A model generated the notes under the pieces. The model worked only from the letters and a program-made list of their open reading frames with translations, made no database searches and was not told where the DNA came from. From NCBI GenBank assembly GCA_965237525.1, contig CBDEFO010000007.1, positions 384,001 through 448,000 of the forward strand: DNA of 64,000 nt, in the 5' to 3' direction. Numbering within the stretch: the first letter of the stretch is position 1; each line of letters begins with the position of its first letter. The position numbers and the translations under genes are program-made. The DNA comes from Candidatus Latescibacterota bacterium. Its GTDB lineage: Bacteria > Latescibacterota > CBDEFO01. Shown piece after piece: positions 20,652 through 30,308 of the stretch.

Positions 20652-22172
20652 GAAGCCTTGTGAAAAACCCTTAGATTCAGAAAGTAGTATAGAACAAGCA
20701 TTGATAAAGCAGCTCCGATGTATTATATTATGTTATTGATAATATTATACATGGAGGAAACAATGACCCCACAAGAGCAGGAACAGACAAATCCGATGTT
20801 TCACTATTTTCAGATGGAGGATTTAGTTCCCGAGGATCATATCCTTCGTCAGATTGATGAGGCAGTTGATTTTTCATTTGTACGAGACGTTGTATCAGAT
20901 TGTTATTGCCCTGACAATGGCAGACCCGGTATTGATCCTGAATTAGTTGTTCGAATGATCCTTATTGGCTATCTGTATAATTTGAGTGAGAATCGGCTCT
21001 GTCAGGAAGTGGGGATGCATGCGGCATATCGGTTGTTTTGTCATCAGACATTTGAGGATGCGGTTCCGGATAGGAGCACGATCAACAAGCTTCGCAATCA
21101 CAAGTGGGCATCCAGTGGGTTGTTTGAACGGATAATGCGTCAGGTAGTCCAGTGTTGCATAGATGTCGGTCTTGTGAGCGGTAAACACCTTAGTGTCGAC
21201 GGCACTCAGATACAAGCTGATGCTTCAGTGAAAAGTATTGAGCCGATAGAACCCCCTTTTTCTCTTGATGATTATCTCAAGGGAATCGGTTTTGAAGGTG
21301 ATAAGACAAAGGGTAGGTCCGGGCATCCTCAGGATAAAGACTTTCATGGTGAAAAGTGGACGAACCAAACACACCGTTCGACTACAGACCCCGACGCGCG
21401 CTTATACAGCAAATCGAAGGGCAAAGGGGCTTTTCTCTCGTTTATGGGCCATGATCTGATCGACACAAAAAGCAGAGTAATCCTTGAGACTCAGGGCACG
21501 CAGGCGACAGGGACAGCAGAGCCCGAAAGTGCCCTTAAGATGGTAGATGACCTTGAAACATACACCATGCCCAAAGACATTCAGACACTTAGTGCCGATA
21601 CCGGTTACGGTTCTGGTAATTTTATCGCTGATGTACTTGACCGGGGAATCATACCCCATATTCCTCTGCGAGCCGATGAGAGGATTGAACCGATTCCTAC
21701 ATGGAAAAACAAGACAAATTCAGCACATATTCAGGCCGAACGGGATAGAAAAGTGCGAGAGGCGAAAGCCAGAAATCATGCACGGTCTATCTCATTAACA
21801 GCTGACTACAAACTCTCCCGGAGACTCCGTAAACGCAGTGAACATATCTTTGCTGAAGCCAGGCAACAATACGGTATGGGACGAGCCCGTTACAGAGGAC
21901 CAGCCTCACTGAATGAACAGTTGAATCTTGTTGCAACAGTACAGAATCTCAAGAGGCTTGTATCTTTCATAAGAAGGGGGAAAGCGTCTATGTGTGCCCT
22001 GTCTGTCAAAGACAGTGCATCCTGTTCTTCAAACAGCTCCTGTTCCTTGCTGACCAGAACTCTGATAAGACTATTTTGCTTATTCCACAGCAAAACGATA
22101 CGATATGCTACTCTTTGACCCATAATCGGCGCTTCAGACGCTGCCTGGGACATAACTATTTCACAAGGCTTT
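20652..22172 (+). mobile_element. IS1182-family-like insertion sequence, copy 2 (1521 bp)
   Basis: Inverted repeats aagccttgtgaaa/tttcacaaggctt; TA duplicated within a TTAA target. Confidence 0.92.
20763..22118 (+). CDS. IS1182-family DDE transposase (intact)
   Basis: GRPGIDP, VPDRST, VDGTQIQADAS, STTDPDARL, ADTGY, RSEHIFAE; RBS ggagg. Confidence 0.9.
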   Translation: MTPQEQEQTNPMFHYFQMEDLVPEDHILRQIDEAVDFSFVRDVVSDCYCPDNGRPGIDPELVVRMILIGYLYNLSENRLCQEVGMHAAYRLFCHQTFEDAVPDRSTINKLRNHKWASSGLFERIMRQVVQCCIDVGLVSGKHLSVDGTQIQADASVKSIEPIEPPFSLDDYLKGIGFEGDKTKGRSGHPQDKDFHGEKWTNQTHRSTTDPDARLYSKSKGKGAFLSFMGHDLIDTKSRVILETQGTQATGTAEPESALKMVDDLETYTMPKDIQTLSADTGYGSGNFIADVLDRGIIPHIPLRADERIEPIPTWKNKTNSAHIQAERDRKVREAKARNHARSISLTADYKLSRRLRKRSEHIFAEARQQYGMGRARYRGPASLNEQLNLVATVQNLKRLVSFIRRGKASMCALSVKDSASCSSNSSCSLLTRTLIRLFCLFHSKTIRYATL

Positions 22173-22976
22173 TAAGTCGATAGGAAATATAGGAGTGGGC
22201 GCGAAGGTGAAGTTGAGAGGCTTTGAGGTGGGAAAGGTCAAGCAAGTTGAGTTTTATCCTGAACCGCAAAAAGAGGGTGTCTTTTTTGTGGTAGAGTTGG
22301 CTATCAAGAACGAATATCCTGTTATTGAGGGAACAGTGGGAGAGGTTAAGGGAGGGGGGATTGTGGGCGATAGTTTTATAAATTTAGACGTTTCGAGTCA
22401 GGGGCACCTGCCGTTTAAGGCCGGTGCTACTGTGAAGGGTAAGGAAGCTCTAGATACCGGGACACTTATGGCCAAGGCAGTCACTATGCTGGAGAGGATG
22501 ACTGAAATGTCAGAGAGGATAAGGGACGCAGAAATTGGGGGTAGATTCAAGAAGTTTGTGGAGGTAGTTCACAAGATTTCAACAGATGTGGAGGGTTTGA
22601 GCAAGGACGCCCAGTCTATGCTCACAAGGAGCGAGTCCCTAATTGCGACCGTGGAGCCGGGCCTTAAGAAGTCTATAGATAAGTTGAATGAAGACCTGGA
22701 TTACTCGAAGGAGACGTTGACGAGTCTGAACGAAATATTAGGTGACAACAGTGAGAACATAAAGGATGCGCTGGAGGCTCTCCAGAGGAGTTTGAATCAG
22801 ATGGAGAAGTTGATGTCCAATCTGGACAATCTAACTGTAGAAAATAGAGCGCAAATAGATTCGACGCTCAAAAACATGGAGGATATTTCGGCGTCTTTCA
22901 AGGATGTGGCGAGGCATCCGTGGAAGATCATATTCGGGGGTGTGAAGGGAGGACAAGGGGACAGTCGTCAGTAGCT

Positions 22977-23014
22977 CCCGATTGAACCCCCAATTGAATC
23001 TATTGGGGGGCGGG
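22977..23014. repeat. Nested pair of 19-bp hairpin elements
   Basis: cccgattgaacc[cccaattgaatctattggg]gggcggg. Confidence 0.85.
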
Positions 23015-23077
23015 GGTAGACAGGCAAAGGCAGTAGGGGAGAACCTGTGTGTTTGCCCAGATGAAAGGAGACAAACG

Positions 23078-23815
23078 TTGTTCAAATCCAGAGTTCCGGT
23101 CTTTGATGGAAATGTGGCTTTGGGGAGGAGGCACGATGCGAGGGTGAGCGTGGACACCCCGGAGGGTCTTCTGATGGTTATGGAAAGACTTGGAATAGAT
23201 AAGGCATTAGTTTACAATCCCTATGGGGTTACATACGATAGCGTTAAGGGGAATAGAGAGATTCTGAAAACCGTTGAGGGGTTTTCAGAGCTTGTGCCTC
23301 AGTTTGTAGCCAATTTCCCAGCTGAGTCATTTGAGGATTTTAAGGAAGGTGTTAAGGATAAAGGGATAAAGAGTCTGAGGGCATACCCAAAGACACACAC
23401 GTATCCATTCGTGTCGTGGATGGTGGGGGATTGGATGGAGTGGATAGAGGATGAGGGGATAGCCTTATGGCTCCCAATTGATGAGGTGGACATCAAGGAC
23501 CTCTATGAGATGGCAAGGGCGCATCCGGCGATAAACATAGTGCTGGTGGGGGTGCATTACACCCACCAAATTGTGATTTTTGGAATGATGGAGCACTTAC
23601 CGAATCTCTACGTGGAACTTTCACGGTATTACGTTATGGAACCTGTCGAAAGATTTGTGAGCAGATTCGGTTCCCAAAGGTTGATATTCGGCTCGGGCTC
23701 CCCTGACATGGACGGAGGGGCGTATCTTTATTATCTGAACAACTGCGGGCTATCTGACAACGTTTTGAGGGCTATCTGCCGGGATAATCTGGAGGTTCTT
23801 CTAAATGGCGATTGA
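23078..23815 (+). CDS. Amidohydrolase_2 family protein with degenerate metal site
   Basis: FDGNV in place of DxHxH; LIFGSGSP in place of FGSDxP; TTG start after aaggag. Confidence 0.75.
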   Translation: MFKSRVPVFDGNVALGRRHDARVSVDTPEGLLMVMERLGIDKALVYNPYGVTYDSVKGNREILKTVEGFSELVPQFVANFPAESFEDFKEGVKDKGIKSLRAYPKTHTYPFVSWMVGDWMEWIEDEGIALWLPIDEVDIKDLYEMARAHPAINIVLVGVHYTHQIVIFGMMEHLPNLYVELSRYYVMEPVERFVSRFGSQRLIFGSGSPDMDGGAYLYYLNNCGLSDNVLRAICRDNLEVLLNGD

Positions 23816-24563
23816 CGGAGCTAAGGTCATAGATTTTCACTGTCACATAGGCACCTGGCAGCGCTTGTGTATGTACGACGATCTGGAGGATATGATAAGG
23901 GTTATGGATTCTGCCGGGGTAGATATGGCGTGTCTCTTTAACAACTTCCGGGGGAATGCTAGTTTCGGGAACGATGAAGTAGCCAAAGCTGTGGAGCGCT
24001 ATCCGGACAGGTTCATAGGGTTTGCTTTCGTGACTCCGCACTACCCTGAGGAGGTGGAAAACGAGCTACTTAGGGTGATCGATAGACTCAAAATGAGGGC
24101 GATAAAGATATATCCTCCGTATTTTGGGAGGTCTGTGGAGGATCCCGCATGGGAAGGGATATTCAAGTTTGCAAATGAAAGGGGTTTAACGATTATATCG
24201 CACACAGATGTTACTGGCGGTCCCAGTAATCCGTCTTTCTTCGTGCCGTTAGCCCAGAAATATAAGAATGTAAAGTGGGTGTTGGGACATGCGGGCGTGA
24301 CTCCCCCAGGGAGAATTGAGGCCATAGAGGCGGCGAGAAAGTGTTCAAATATCTATCTTGAGATATGTTCGTCTTACAGCACTTTCGGGTCTGTGGAATT
24401 CCTCGTAAACGGAGCGGGGGAGGATAGAGTGTTGTTTGGGTCTGACATGCCTCTTATGGATCCGAGGATACATTTAGGGAGGGTTATGACCGCTGATATA
24501 TCTGAGAAGTCAAGACACAAGGTGTTAGGAGAGAATTCCTTAAGGCTTCTAGGTCTTAGCTGA
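23805..24563 (+). CDS. Amidohydrolase_2 family protein, copy 1
   Basis: IDFHCH, IKIYP, LGHAG, VLFGSDMP. Confidence 0.9.
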   Translation: MAIDGAKVIDFHCHIGTWQRLCMYDDLEDMIRVMDSAGVDMACLFNNFRGNASFGNDEVAKAVERYPDRFIGFAFVTPHYPEEVENELLRVIDRLKMRAIKIYPPYFGRSVEDPAWEGIFKFANERGLTIISHTDVTGGPSNPSFFVPLAQKYKNVKWVLGHAGVTPPGRIEAIEAARKCSNIYLEICSSYSTFGSVEFLVNGAGEDRVLFGSDMPLMDPRIHLGRVMTADISEKSRHKVLGENSLRLLGLS

Positions 24564-24834
24564 GGATCTATTACAAATGCAAATAAAGTTTCTCCACACT
24601 TTGTGATTTTTGGAATGATGGAGCACTTACCGAATCTCTACGTGGAGCTTTCACGGTATTACGTTATGGAACCTGTCGAAAGATTTGTGAGCAGTTTCGG
24701 TTCCCAAAGGTTAATATTCGGGTCGGGCTTCCCTGAGATGGATGGAGGGGCGTATCTTTATTATCTGAACAACTGCGGGCTATCTGATAACGTTTTGAGG
24801 GCTATCTGCCGGGATAATCTGGAGGTTCTTCTAA

Positions 24835-25593
24835 ATGGCGATTGATGGAGCTAAGGTCGTAGATTTTCACTGTCACATAGGCACCTGCCAGCGCTTGCGT
24901 ATGTACGACGATCTGGAGGATTTGATAAGGGTTATGGATTCTGCCGGGGTAGATATGGCCTGTCTCTTTAACATCCACCGGGGGAATGCTAGCTTCGGCA
25001 ACGATGAAGTAGCCAAAGCTGTGGAGCGCTATCCGGACAGGTTCATAGGGTTTGCTTTCGTGACTCCGCACTACCCTGAGGAGGTGGAAAACGAGCTACT
25101 TAGGGTGATCGATAGACTCAAAATGAGGGCGATAAAGATATATCCTCCGTATTTTGGGAGGTCTGTGGAGGATCCCGCATGGGAAGGGATATTCAAGTTT
25201 GCAAATGAAAGGGGTTTAACGATTATATCGCACACAGATGTTACTGGCGGTCCCAGTAATCCGTCTTTCTTCGTGCCGTTAGCCCAGAAATATAAGAATG
25301 TAAAGTGGGTGTTGGGACATGCGGGCGTGACTCCCCCAGGGAGAATTGAGGCCATAGAGGCGGCGAGAAAGTGTTCAAATATCTATCTTGAGATATGTTC
25401 GTCTTACAGCACTTTCGGGTCTGTGGAATTCCTCGTAAACGGAGCGGGGGAGGATAGAGTGTTGTTTGGGTCTGACATGCCTCTTATGGATCCGAGGATA
25501 CATTTAGGGAGGGTTATGACCGCTGATATATCTGAGGAGGCAAGACACAAGGTTTTGGGAGAAAATGCCTTAAGGCTTCTGGATCTTGGCTGA
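24835..25593 (+). CDS. Amidohydrolase_2 family protein, copy 2
   Basis: Near-identical to 23805-24563. Confidence 0.9.
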   Translation: MAIDGAKVVDFHCHIGTCQRLRMYDDLEDLIRVMDSAGVDMACLFNIHRGNASFGNDEVAKAVERYPDRFIGFAFVTPHYPEEVENELLRVIDRLKMRAIKIYPPYFGRSVEDPAWEGIFKFANERGLTIISHTDVTGGPSNPSFFVPLAQKYKNVKWVLGHAGVTPPGRIEAIEAARKCSNIYLEICSSYSTFGSVEFLVNGAGEDRVLFGSDMPLMDPRIHLGRVMTADISEEARHKVLGENALRLLDLG

Positions 25594-25606
25594 GGATCTA
25601 TTACAA

Positions 25607-26965
25607 ATGCAAATAAAATTTCTCCACACTGCCGATATTCACATCGGCGTAGAAAATCACGGGCTGATAGATCCTTCTACGGGTCTCCATACCAGGACGC
25701 AGGACTTTGAAAAGTGCTTGGATTTTGTGTATGAGAAGGGCATGGAGGAGGAGATCGATCTGGTGGCCTTTTCGGGAGACGCTTATAAGAACTGCCATCC
25801 CAGTCCGACTCATCAAAGGATCTTTGCTTCGTTTGTTAAGAAGTTCAGCGGTGCGGGCGTTCCTTTTGTGATGGTCGTGGGGAATCATGATATTCCTGGA
25901 GCCTTTGGGAGGGCGACTTCTATTGATATTTTTGGGACTTTGGGGATTTCAAAGGTGTCTGTGGCGACCAGTCCAAGGATCTTTAATATCGAGACAAAGT
26001 CCGGGCCTATTCAGGTCGCGTGTCTGCCTTGGCCCACTCAGAGCCGTCTTATGACAAAGGACGAATATAGTGGGCTGTCTTCTTTTGAGATTACCAGGGA
26101 GATTGAGAGCATATGCGCGGACATTGTTGAGAAATTTGCTGATGAATTGGACAAGCGAATTCCATCTGTGCTCCTAGCTCACGTGACTGCGGCTGACGCG
26201 GAATATTCGAAATCTGAAAGGACTGCGGTGATAGGAAGAGATCCTACGCTCTTGACAAGTGTTCTGACAAATAGTCAGTTCGATTACGTGGCTTTGGGGC
26301 ACATACACAAATTCCAGGATTTGAATCCAAGGGGAAGGCCCCACGTTGTGTATCCGGGGAGCGTCGAGCGCGTGGACTTCGGCGAGGAGAAGGAGGAAAA
26401 GGGATTCTGTCTGGTGACTATAAAAGATAAGAGCCAAAGGCCTGGCGTCAGAACTAAATCGGAGGATGAGAATCTTTCTCTTTTTTCGGCGGTTTCCCGT
26501 GAGAAGAAAGATAACGGACCTTTGGAAAGGGAGGTGAGATATGAGTTTATAGAGACTCCCGCAAGACCCTTTGTGACCATCATATCTGATGTGAAAAAGG
26601 GGGAAGACCCGACTCAGGTTATCTTAAGAGAGATAAAAAAGCACGACCTTAAGGATGCTGTTGTGAGGGTTCTTTACACTGTGTACGAGGACGTCATAGG
26701 TTCTGTGGATTATAGGGCGATAGATAAGGCTTTAAGGGACACTGGCGCTTTCTACGTTGCAGGGATCATTCCGAAAGTTGACATCCCTGAGAGGATCAGG
26801 AGGTCTGAGGTGTCCGAGGAGTTAGGCGTCCAGGAAGCTCTGGATAAGTACATTGACAACACTCCTGAGTTTGAACCTTTTCGTAAGGAATTAAAAAAGT
26901 ACGCCGCCCAGTTAGAGGCTGAGCTTGAAAGACAGGGTGAAAATGTAGACAGCAGCTCCCGATAG
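25607..26965 (+). CDS. sbcD: Exonuclease SbcCD subunit D
   Basis: HTADIHIG, SGDAY, GNHD, ALGHIH, YPGS..RVDFGE; upstream of sbcC. Confidence 0.93.
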   Translation: MQIKFLHTADIHIGVENHGLIDPSTGLHTRTQDFEKCLDFVYEKGMEEEIDLVAFSGDAYKNCHPSPTHQRIFASFVKKFSGAGVPFVMVVGNHDIPGAFGRATSIDIFGTLGISKVSVATSPRIFNIETKSGPIQVACLPWPTQSRLMTKDEYSGLSSFEITREIESICADIVEKFADELDKRIPSVLLAHVTAADAEYSKSERTAVIGRDPTLLTSVLTNSQFDYVALGHIHKFQDLNPRGRPHVVYPGSVERVDFGEEKEEKGFCLVTIKDKSQRPGVRTKSEDENLSLFSAVSREKKDNGPLEREVRYEFIETPARPFVTIISDVKKGEDPTQVILREIKKHDLKDAVVRVLYTVYEDVIGSVDYRAIDKALRDTGAFYVAGIIPKVDIPERIRRSEVSEELGVQEALDKYIDNTPEFEPFRKELKKYAAQLEAELERQGENVDSSSR

Positions 26966-27002
26966 TCCCCGATAGGTTCACTCGGGGATAGGTTCAATCG
27001 GG
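26958..27002. repeat. Nested pair of 19-bp hairpin elements overlapping the sbcD stop
   Basis: cccgatagtc[cccgataggttcactcggg]gataggttcaatcggg. Confidence 0.85.
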
Positions 27003-27196
27003 GGTAGACAGGAGCACCTTCTCCCTCCGTATACTGCGTAGTGCAGGGGTTGGGTTACCCAGCCCTCGGGGCGACCACTTCGTGCTTGTTGCCTCCACTC
27101 TCCTGCAAGGCAGGAAGTGCGCTGACCCCTTCAAATGTGCTATTTTTTGCTTTGTTAATCTTACCGACTGCTACTCTAAAGGGATAGTATATCACC

Positions 27197-30100
27197 ATGA
27201 TTCCTGTTAAGTTGTCATTGAGAAATTTCCTGAGTTACGGGGAAGATGTGCGCCCTTTAGATTTTTCAGGGTTTCATGTTGCGTGCCTTTCTGGGGAGAA
27301 CGGTCACGGAAAGTCAGCGCTTTTAGATGCTATGACCTGGTCTCTCTGGGGCCAAGCCAGAAAATCCAGAAGTAGGGGCGCAAACGAAGGCTTATTGAAG
27401 ATCGGTGCGTCTGAGATGAGGGTGGAATTTGAGTTCGATCTTGAGGAGCAGAGATTCAGAGTGATAAGATCCTTCAGGAGGGGAAAAGGGAGCGGGCGTC
27501 CGAGTTTGGAGTTTCAGGTCTATGATAACGATAAGGGCAAATACAGGGTCCTTTCCGATGTGTCGTCCATGAGAAGGACACAGGAGGAGATAGATGATGC
27601 TCTAAAGATGGATTACGATACGTTCATAAACTCTGCGTTTATACTTCAAGGACGGGCTGATGAGTTTACGAGGAAGACCCCGACAGAGAGGAAACAGATT
27701 CTGGCAGACATTCTAGGTCTCTCCAAGTACGATCTTCTCTGGGAGCTGTCGAGGTCTCACTATAATAAGTTGGATAATGAGATAGAAGGTTATTGTAGGG
27801 AGTCTCAAAGGATCGATGAGGAGCTTTCGCACAAGGATCTTTATAAAGAACAAATTGACGGGCTGACAGTCAGACTGTCGGAGCTGTCCAGAGGTATTGA
27901 GTCTCTGGAGAAGGTGTTTTCAGAACTTCGGGAAAAAAAGGGGGATCTAGAAAGGAAGCGAGAACAGGTAGAGGATTTGGAATCTGAACTTGACAGAATC
28001 CAGGACGAGATTGATGACATAAAGGGACAGATAGATTCATCCAGCGATCAGATCAGTGAATATGAGAAGATAATATGCAAAGAAGATGAGATTAAGAGTG
28101 ATATCTCCACGTACAATAGATTGATGGATCAGGAAAGAGAGTTTACCCAAAGACTTGGTAGGCTGAGAGATCTGGAATCTCGGAAAGCGGATGTCGATAG
28201 GAAGGTCGAAGAGGCAAAACATGAGGTTGAAAAGTGCAGGAATCTGTGGGAGGAGAGGCTCGGTTCAGCGGAAAACGTTTTAGATGAGGCAAAGGAGATT
28301 TTGAAGAGGGAAAAGGAGATTGCGAATGGGTATAAAGAGTTGATGAAGTCCAGGCGAGAAAATGAGAAGATGGAGGGTCTGAGAAGGAGTCAAGATGAGC
28401 TGCTAAAGGCGGAGCTGGAGATTCAAAGGAAAATCGAGAAGCTTAAGTCCGGGCTCGAGGTGGAGCTCGGGACCTTAAGGAATCAGATTACGGAATTGGA
28501 TAGTAAAGCAGATGCCCAAGAGCATCTCAAAGGGAGGTTGGAAAAGATCAGGCAGGAATTGGAACGCTTAGAGGTTTTAGAAAGTGAAAGTGAGAATATA
28601 AGGGATAAGGGCAGCGAATTGAACGTCAAGATAGATGGAGACATAAAGGGGGTCCAGGATTTGGAGAAGGAGATAGCGGAGGAGAACGATAAACTGGATC
28701 TGATCAAGGAGAGCCAAGATAGTTCCTGTCCGCTGTGTGAAAGCCATATAGATGAGGAAAAAAGGGAGAATATCGTAAGGAAGATGGAGGAGAAGATTGA
28801 AAAGGTGAAGGCGGAGATTGCGGTCATACAGGGGGAGTTAGAGGAGGATGAGAAAGAAAGATCGGAACTTAGGAGAAAGTATAGGGAGGCAAAGGAGGTC
28901 TTAGAGTCTCTGCCTTCGATCAGAAGCGGAGCGGCTCAGGCTGAGGCTTTGTTCAACGAAGCAGTCGAGGCTGAGGGTAAGATAGCAGAGCTTAAAGAAG
29001 ATGAGGAAGCGGTGCGAAGGAGGCTGGATGAGAGGGATTTTGCCCCAGAGGAGAGGGAGGATCTGGAGAAGGTGAAAAGACAGATCGAGAAGTTAGGTTA
29101 CAATACCCAAAAGCACGAGGAGATCGGGGAGACTCTGCAAAAGTTGAAGGGTTATGAGGCAGAAAAGGCGCGTCTGGATTCGACTTTAGAACGATACAAC
29201 GCTGCAAAGGAGGCGATACCTGGGATAAAGGAGGAGATAAGGACTGCCAAGCTATATCTAGATGAAAAAAAGTACGCCGAAAAGGAGCAGAAGGAAGTTG
29301 AGAGGGTTTTGGACGAGATCCAAAAGGTCGAATACGACAAGCGTGAGCACGAAAAGATAAGACTAGAGTTGGATAGCCTAAGCCAGGCCCCCGTACAGGC
29401 TGAGAGGCTTAGGGATGCGCGGGATAAGATAGATGCGGTAAAAGAGGTACTGAAGATATTGGAGAAGAGATTTGAAGATAGGATGAAAAGACAGGATGAG
29501 ACCAAAGGGAATGTCAAAGGATTGAAAGTGGAGATAGCGGGTACAGTAGATGTGGAGCAGAAGATCTCAGGGATTGAAAAGACGCTTCGGGATTCCAGAG
29601 TAAATAGGGAGAAGCTCCTTGGAGAACAGGGCAGCGCTCAGGCGAGGTACGATAAGTGTCTTGAACTTGAGGAGGAGAAAAAGGAGGTTACTGAGTCTTT
29701 AAGGAAGGCACAAGAGGAGAGGGATATTTACGATAAGCTTAGAAGGGCCTTCGGAAAGGATGGGATTCAGGCTCTCATAATTGAGAACGCTATCCCTGAA
29801 ATTGAAGATGAGGCGAACGATATACTGTCAAGACTGACAGATAATAAGACGCATATCTCGATCGAGTCTCAAAGGGGTCTAAAATCAGGAGGATTAAGGG
29901 AGACATTGGATATCAAGATCAGCGATGAGCTGGGGGAAAGGGATTACGAGCTTTACAGCGGGGGAGAGGCGTTCAGGACAAACTTCGCGCTGAGGATAGC
30001 CCTGTCAAAACTTCTGGCCCGGAGGGCGGGAACAAAGCTACGGACTTTAGTGATAGATGAGGGTTTCGGGACGCAGGATTCGGAGGGATTAGGACATCTG

Positions 30101-30244
30101 GTTGGAGCCATAGATAAGATAAGTAAGGATTTCGACAAGATACTTGTGGTTACGCATTTAGAGGAGTTGAAACGGGCTTTTCCCGTCAGGATTGAAGTGA
30201 GAAAAAATGCTCGATCTGGATCGGAATTCGAGATCGTTACTTGA
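27197..30244 (+). CDS. sbcC: Exonuclease SbcCD subunit C (SMC/Rad50-like ATPase)
   Basis: Walker A GENGHGKS, coiled coils, CPLC zinc hook, YSGGE, IDEGFG. Confidence 0.95.
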   Translation: MIPVKLSLRNFLSYGEDVRPLDFSGFHVACLSGENGHGKSALLDAMTWSLWGQARKSRSRGANEGLLKIGASEMRVEFEFDLEEQRFRVIRSFRRGKGSGRPSLEFQVYDNDKGKYRVLSDVSSMRRTQEEIDDALKMDYDTFINSAFILQGRADEFTRKTPTERKQILADILGLSKYDLLWELSRSHYNKLDNEIEGYCRESQRIDEELSHKDLYKEQIDGLTVRLSELSRGIESLEKVFSELREKKGDLERKREQVEDLESELDRIQDEIDDIKGQIDSSSDQISEYEKIICKEDEIKSDISTYNRLMDQEREFTQRLGRLRDLESRKADVDRKVEEAKHEVEKCRNLWEERLGSAENVLDEAKEILKREKEIANGYKELMKSRRENEKMEGLRRSQDELLKAELEIQRKIEKLKSGLEVELGTLRNQITELDSKADAQEHLKGRLEKIRQELERLEVLESESENIRDKGSELNVKIDGDIKGVQDLEKEIAEENDKLDLIKESQDSSCPLCESHIDEEKRENIVRKMEEKIEKVKAEIAVIQGELEEDEKERSELRRKYREAKEVLESLPSIRSGAAQAEALFNEAVEAEGKIAELKEDEEAVRRRLDERDFAPEEREDLEKVKRQIEKLGYNTQKHEEIGETLQKLKGYEAEKARLDSTLERYNAAKEAIPGIKEEIRTAKLYLDEKKYAEKEQKEVERVLDEIQKVEYDKREHEKIRLELDSLSQAPVQAERLRDARDKIDAVKEVLKILEKRFEDRMKRQDETKGNVKGLKVEIAGTVDVEQKISGIEKTLRDSRVNREKLLGEQGSAQARYDKCLELEEEKKEVTESLRKAQEERDIYDKLRRAFGKDGIQALIIENAIPEIEDEANDILSRLTDNKTHISIESQRGLKSGGLRETLDIKISDELGERDYELYSGGEAFRTNFALRIALSKLLARRAGTKLRTLVIDEGFGTQDSEGLGHLVGAIDKISKDFDKILVVTHLEELKRAFPVRIEVRKNARSGSEFEIVT

Positions 30245-30246
30245 TG

Positions 30247-30284
30247 CCCAATCCCCGATAGACTTAATCGGGCATTCCATTGGG
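30247..30284. repeat. Nested pair of 19-bp hairpin elements
   Basis: cccaatc[cccgatagacttaatcggg]cattccattggg. Confidence 0.8.
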
Positions 30285-30308
30285 GGGAAGCAAGGAGGAA
30301 AAGCGATC

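Larger units (their letters stand above)
20513..22974 (+). pseudogene. MlaD/MCE family protein interrupted by IS copy 2
   Basis: Removing the IS and one TA restores ..ILVGGFVIVAIGLL..LFVEFKSIGNIGVGAKVKLRGFEVGKV.. in frame. Confidence 0.9.
23571..25630 (+). repeat. Tandem duplication of about 1030 bp (23571-24600 / 24601-25630)
   Basis: Both units start ttgtgatttttggaatgatgg and end ctccacact. Confidence 0.92.
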
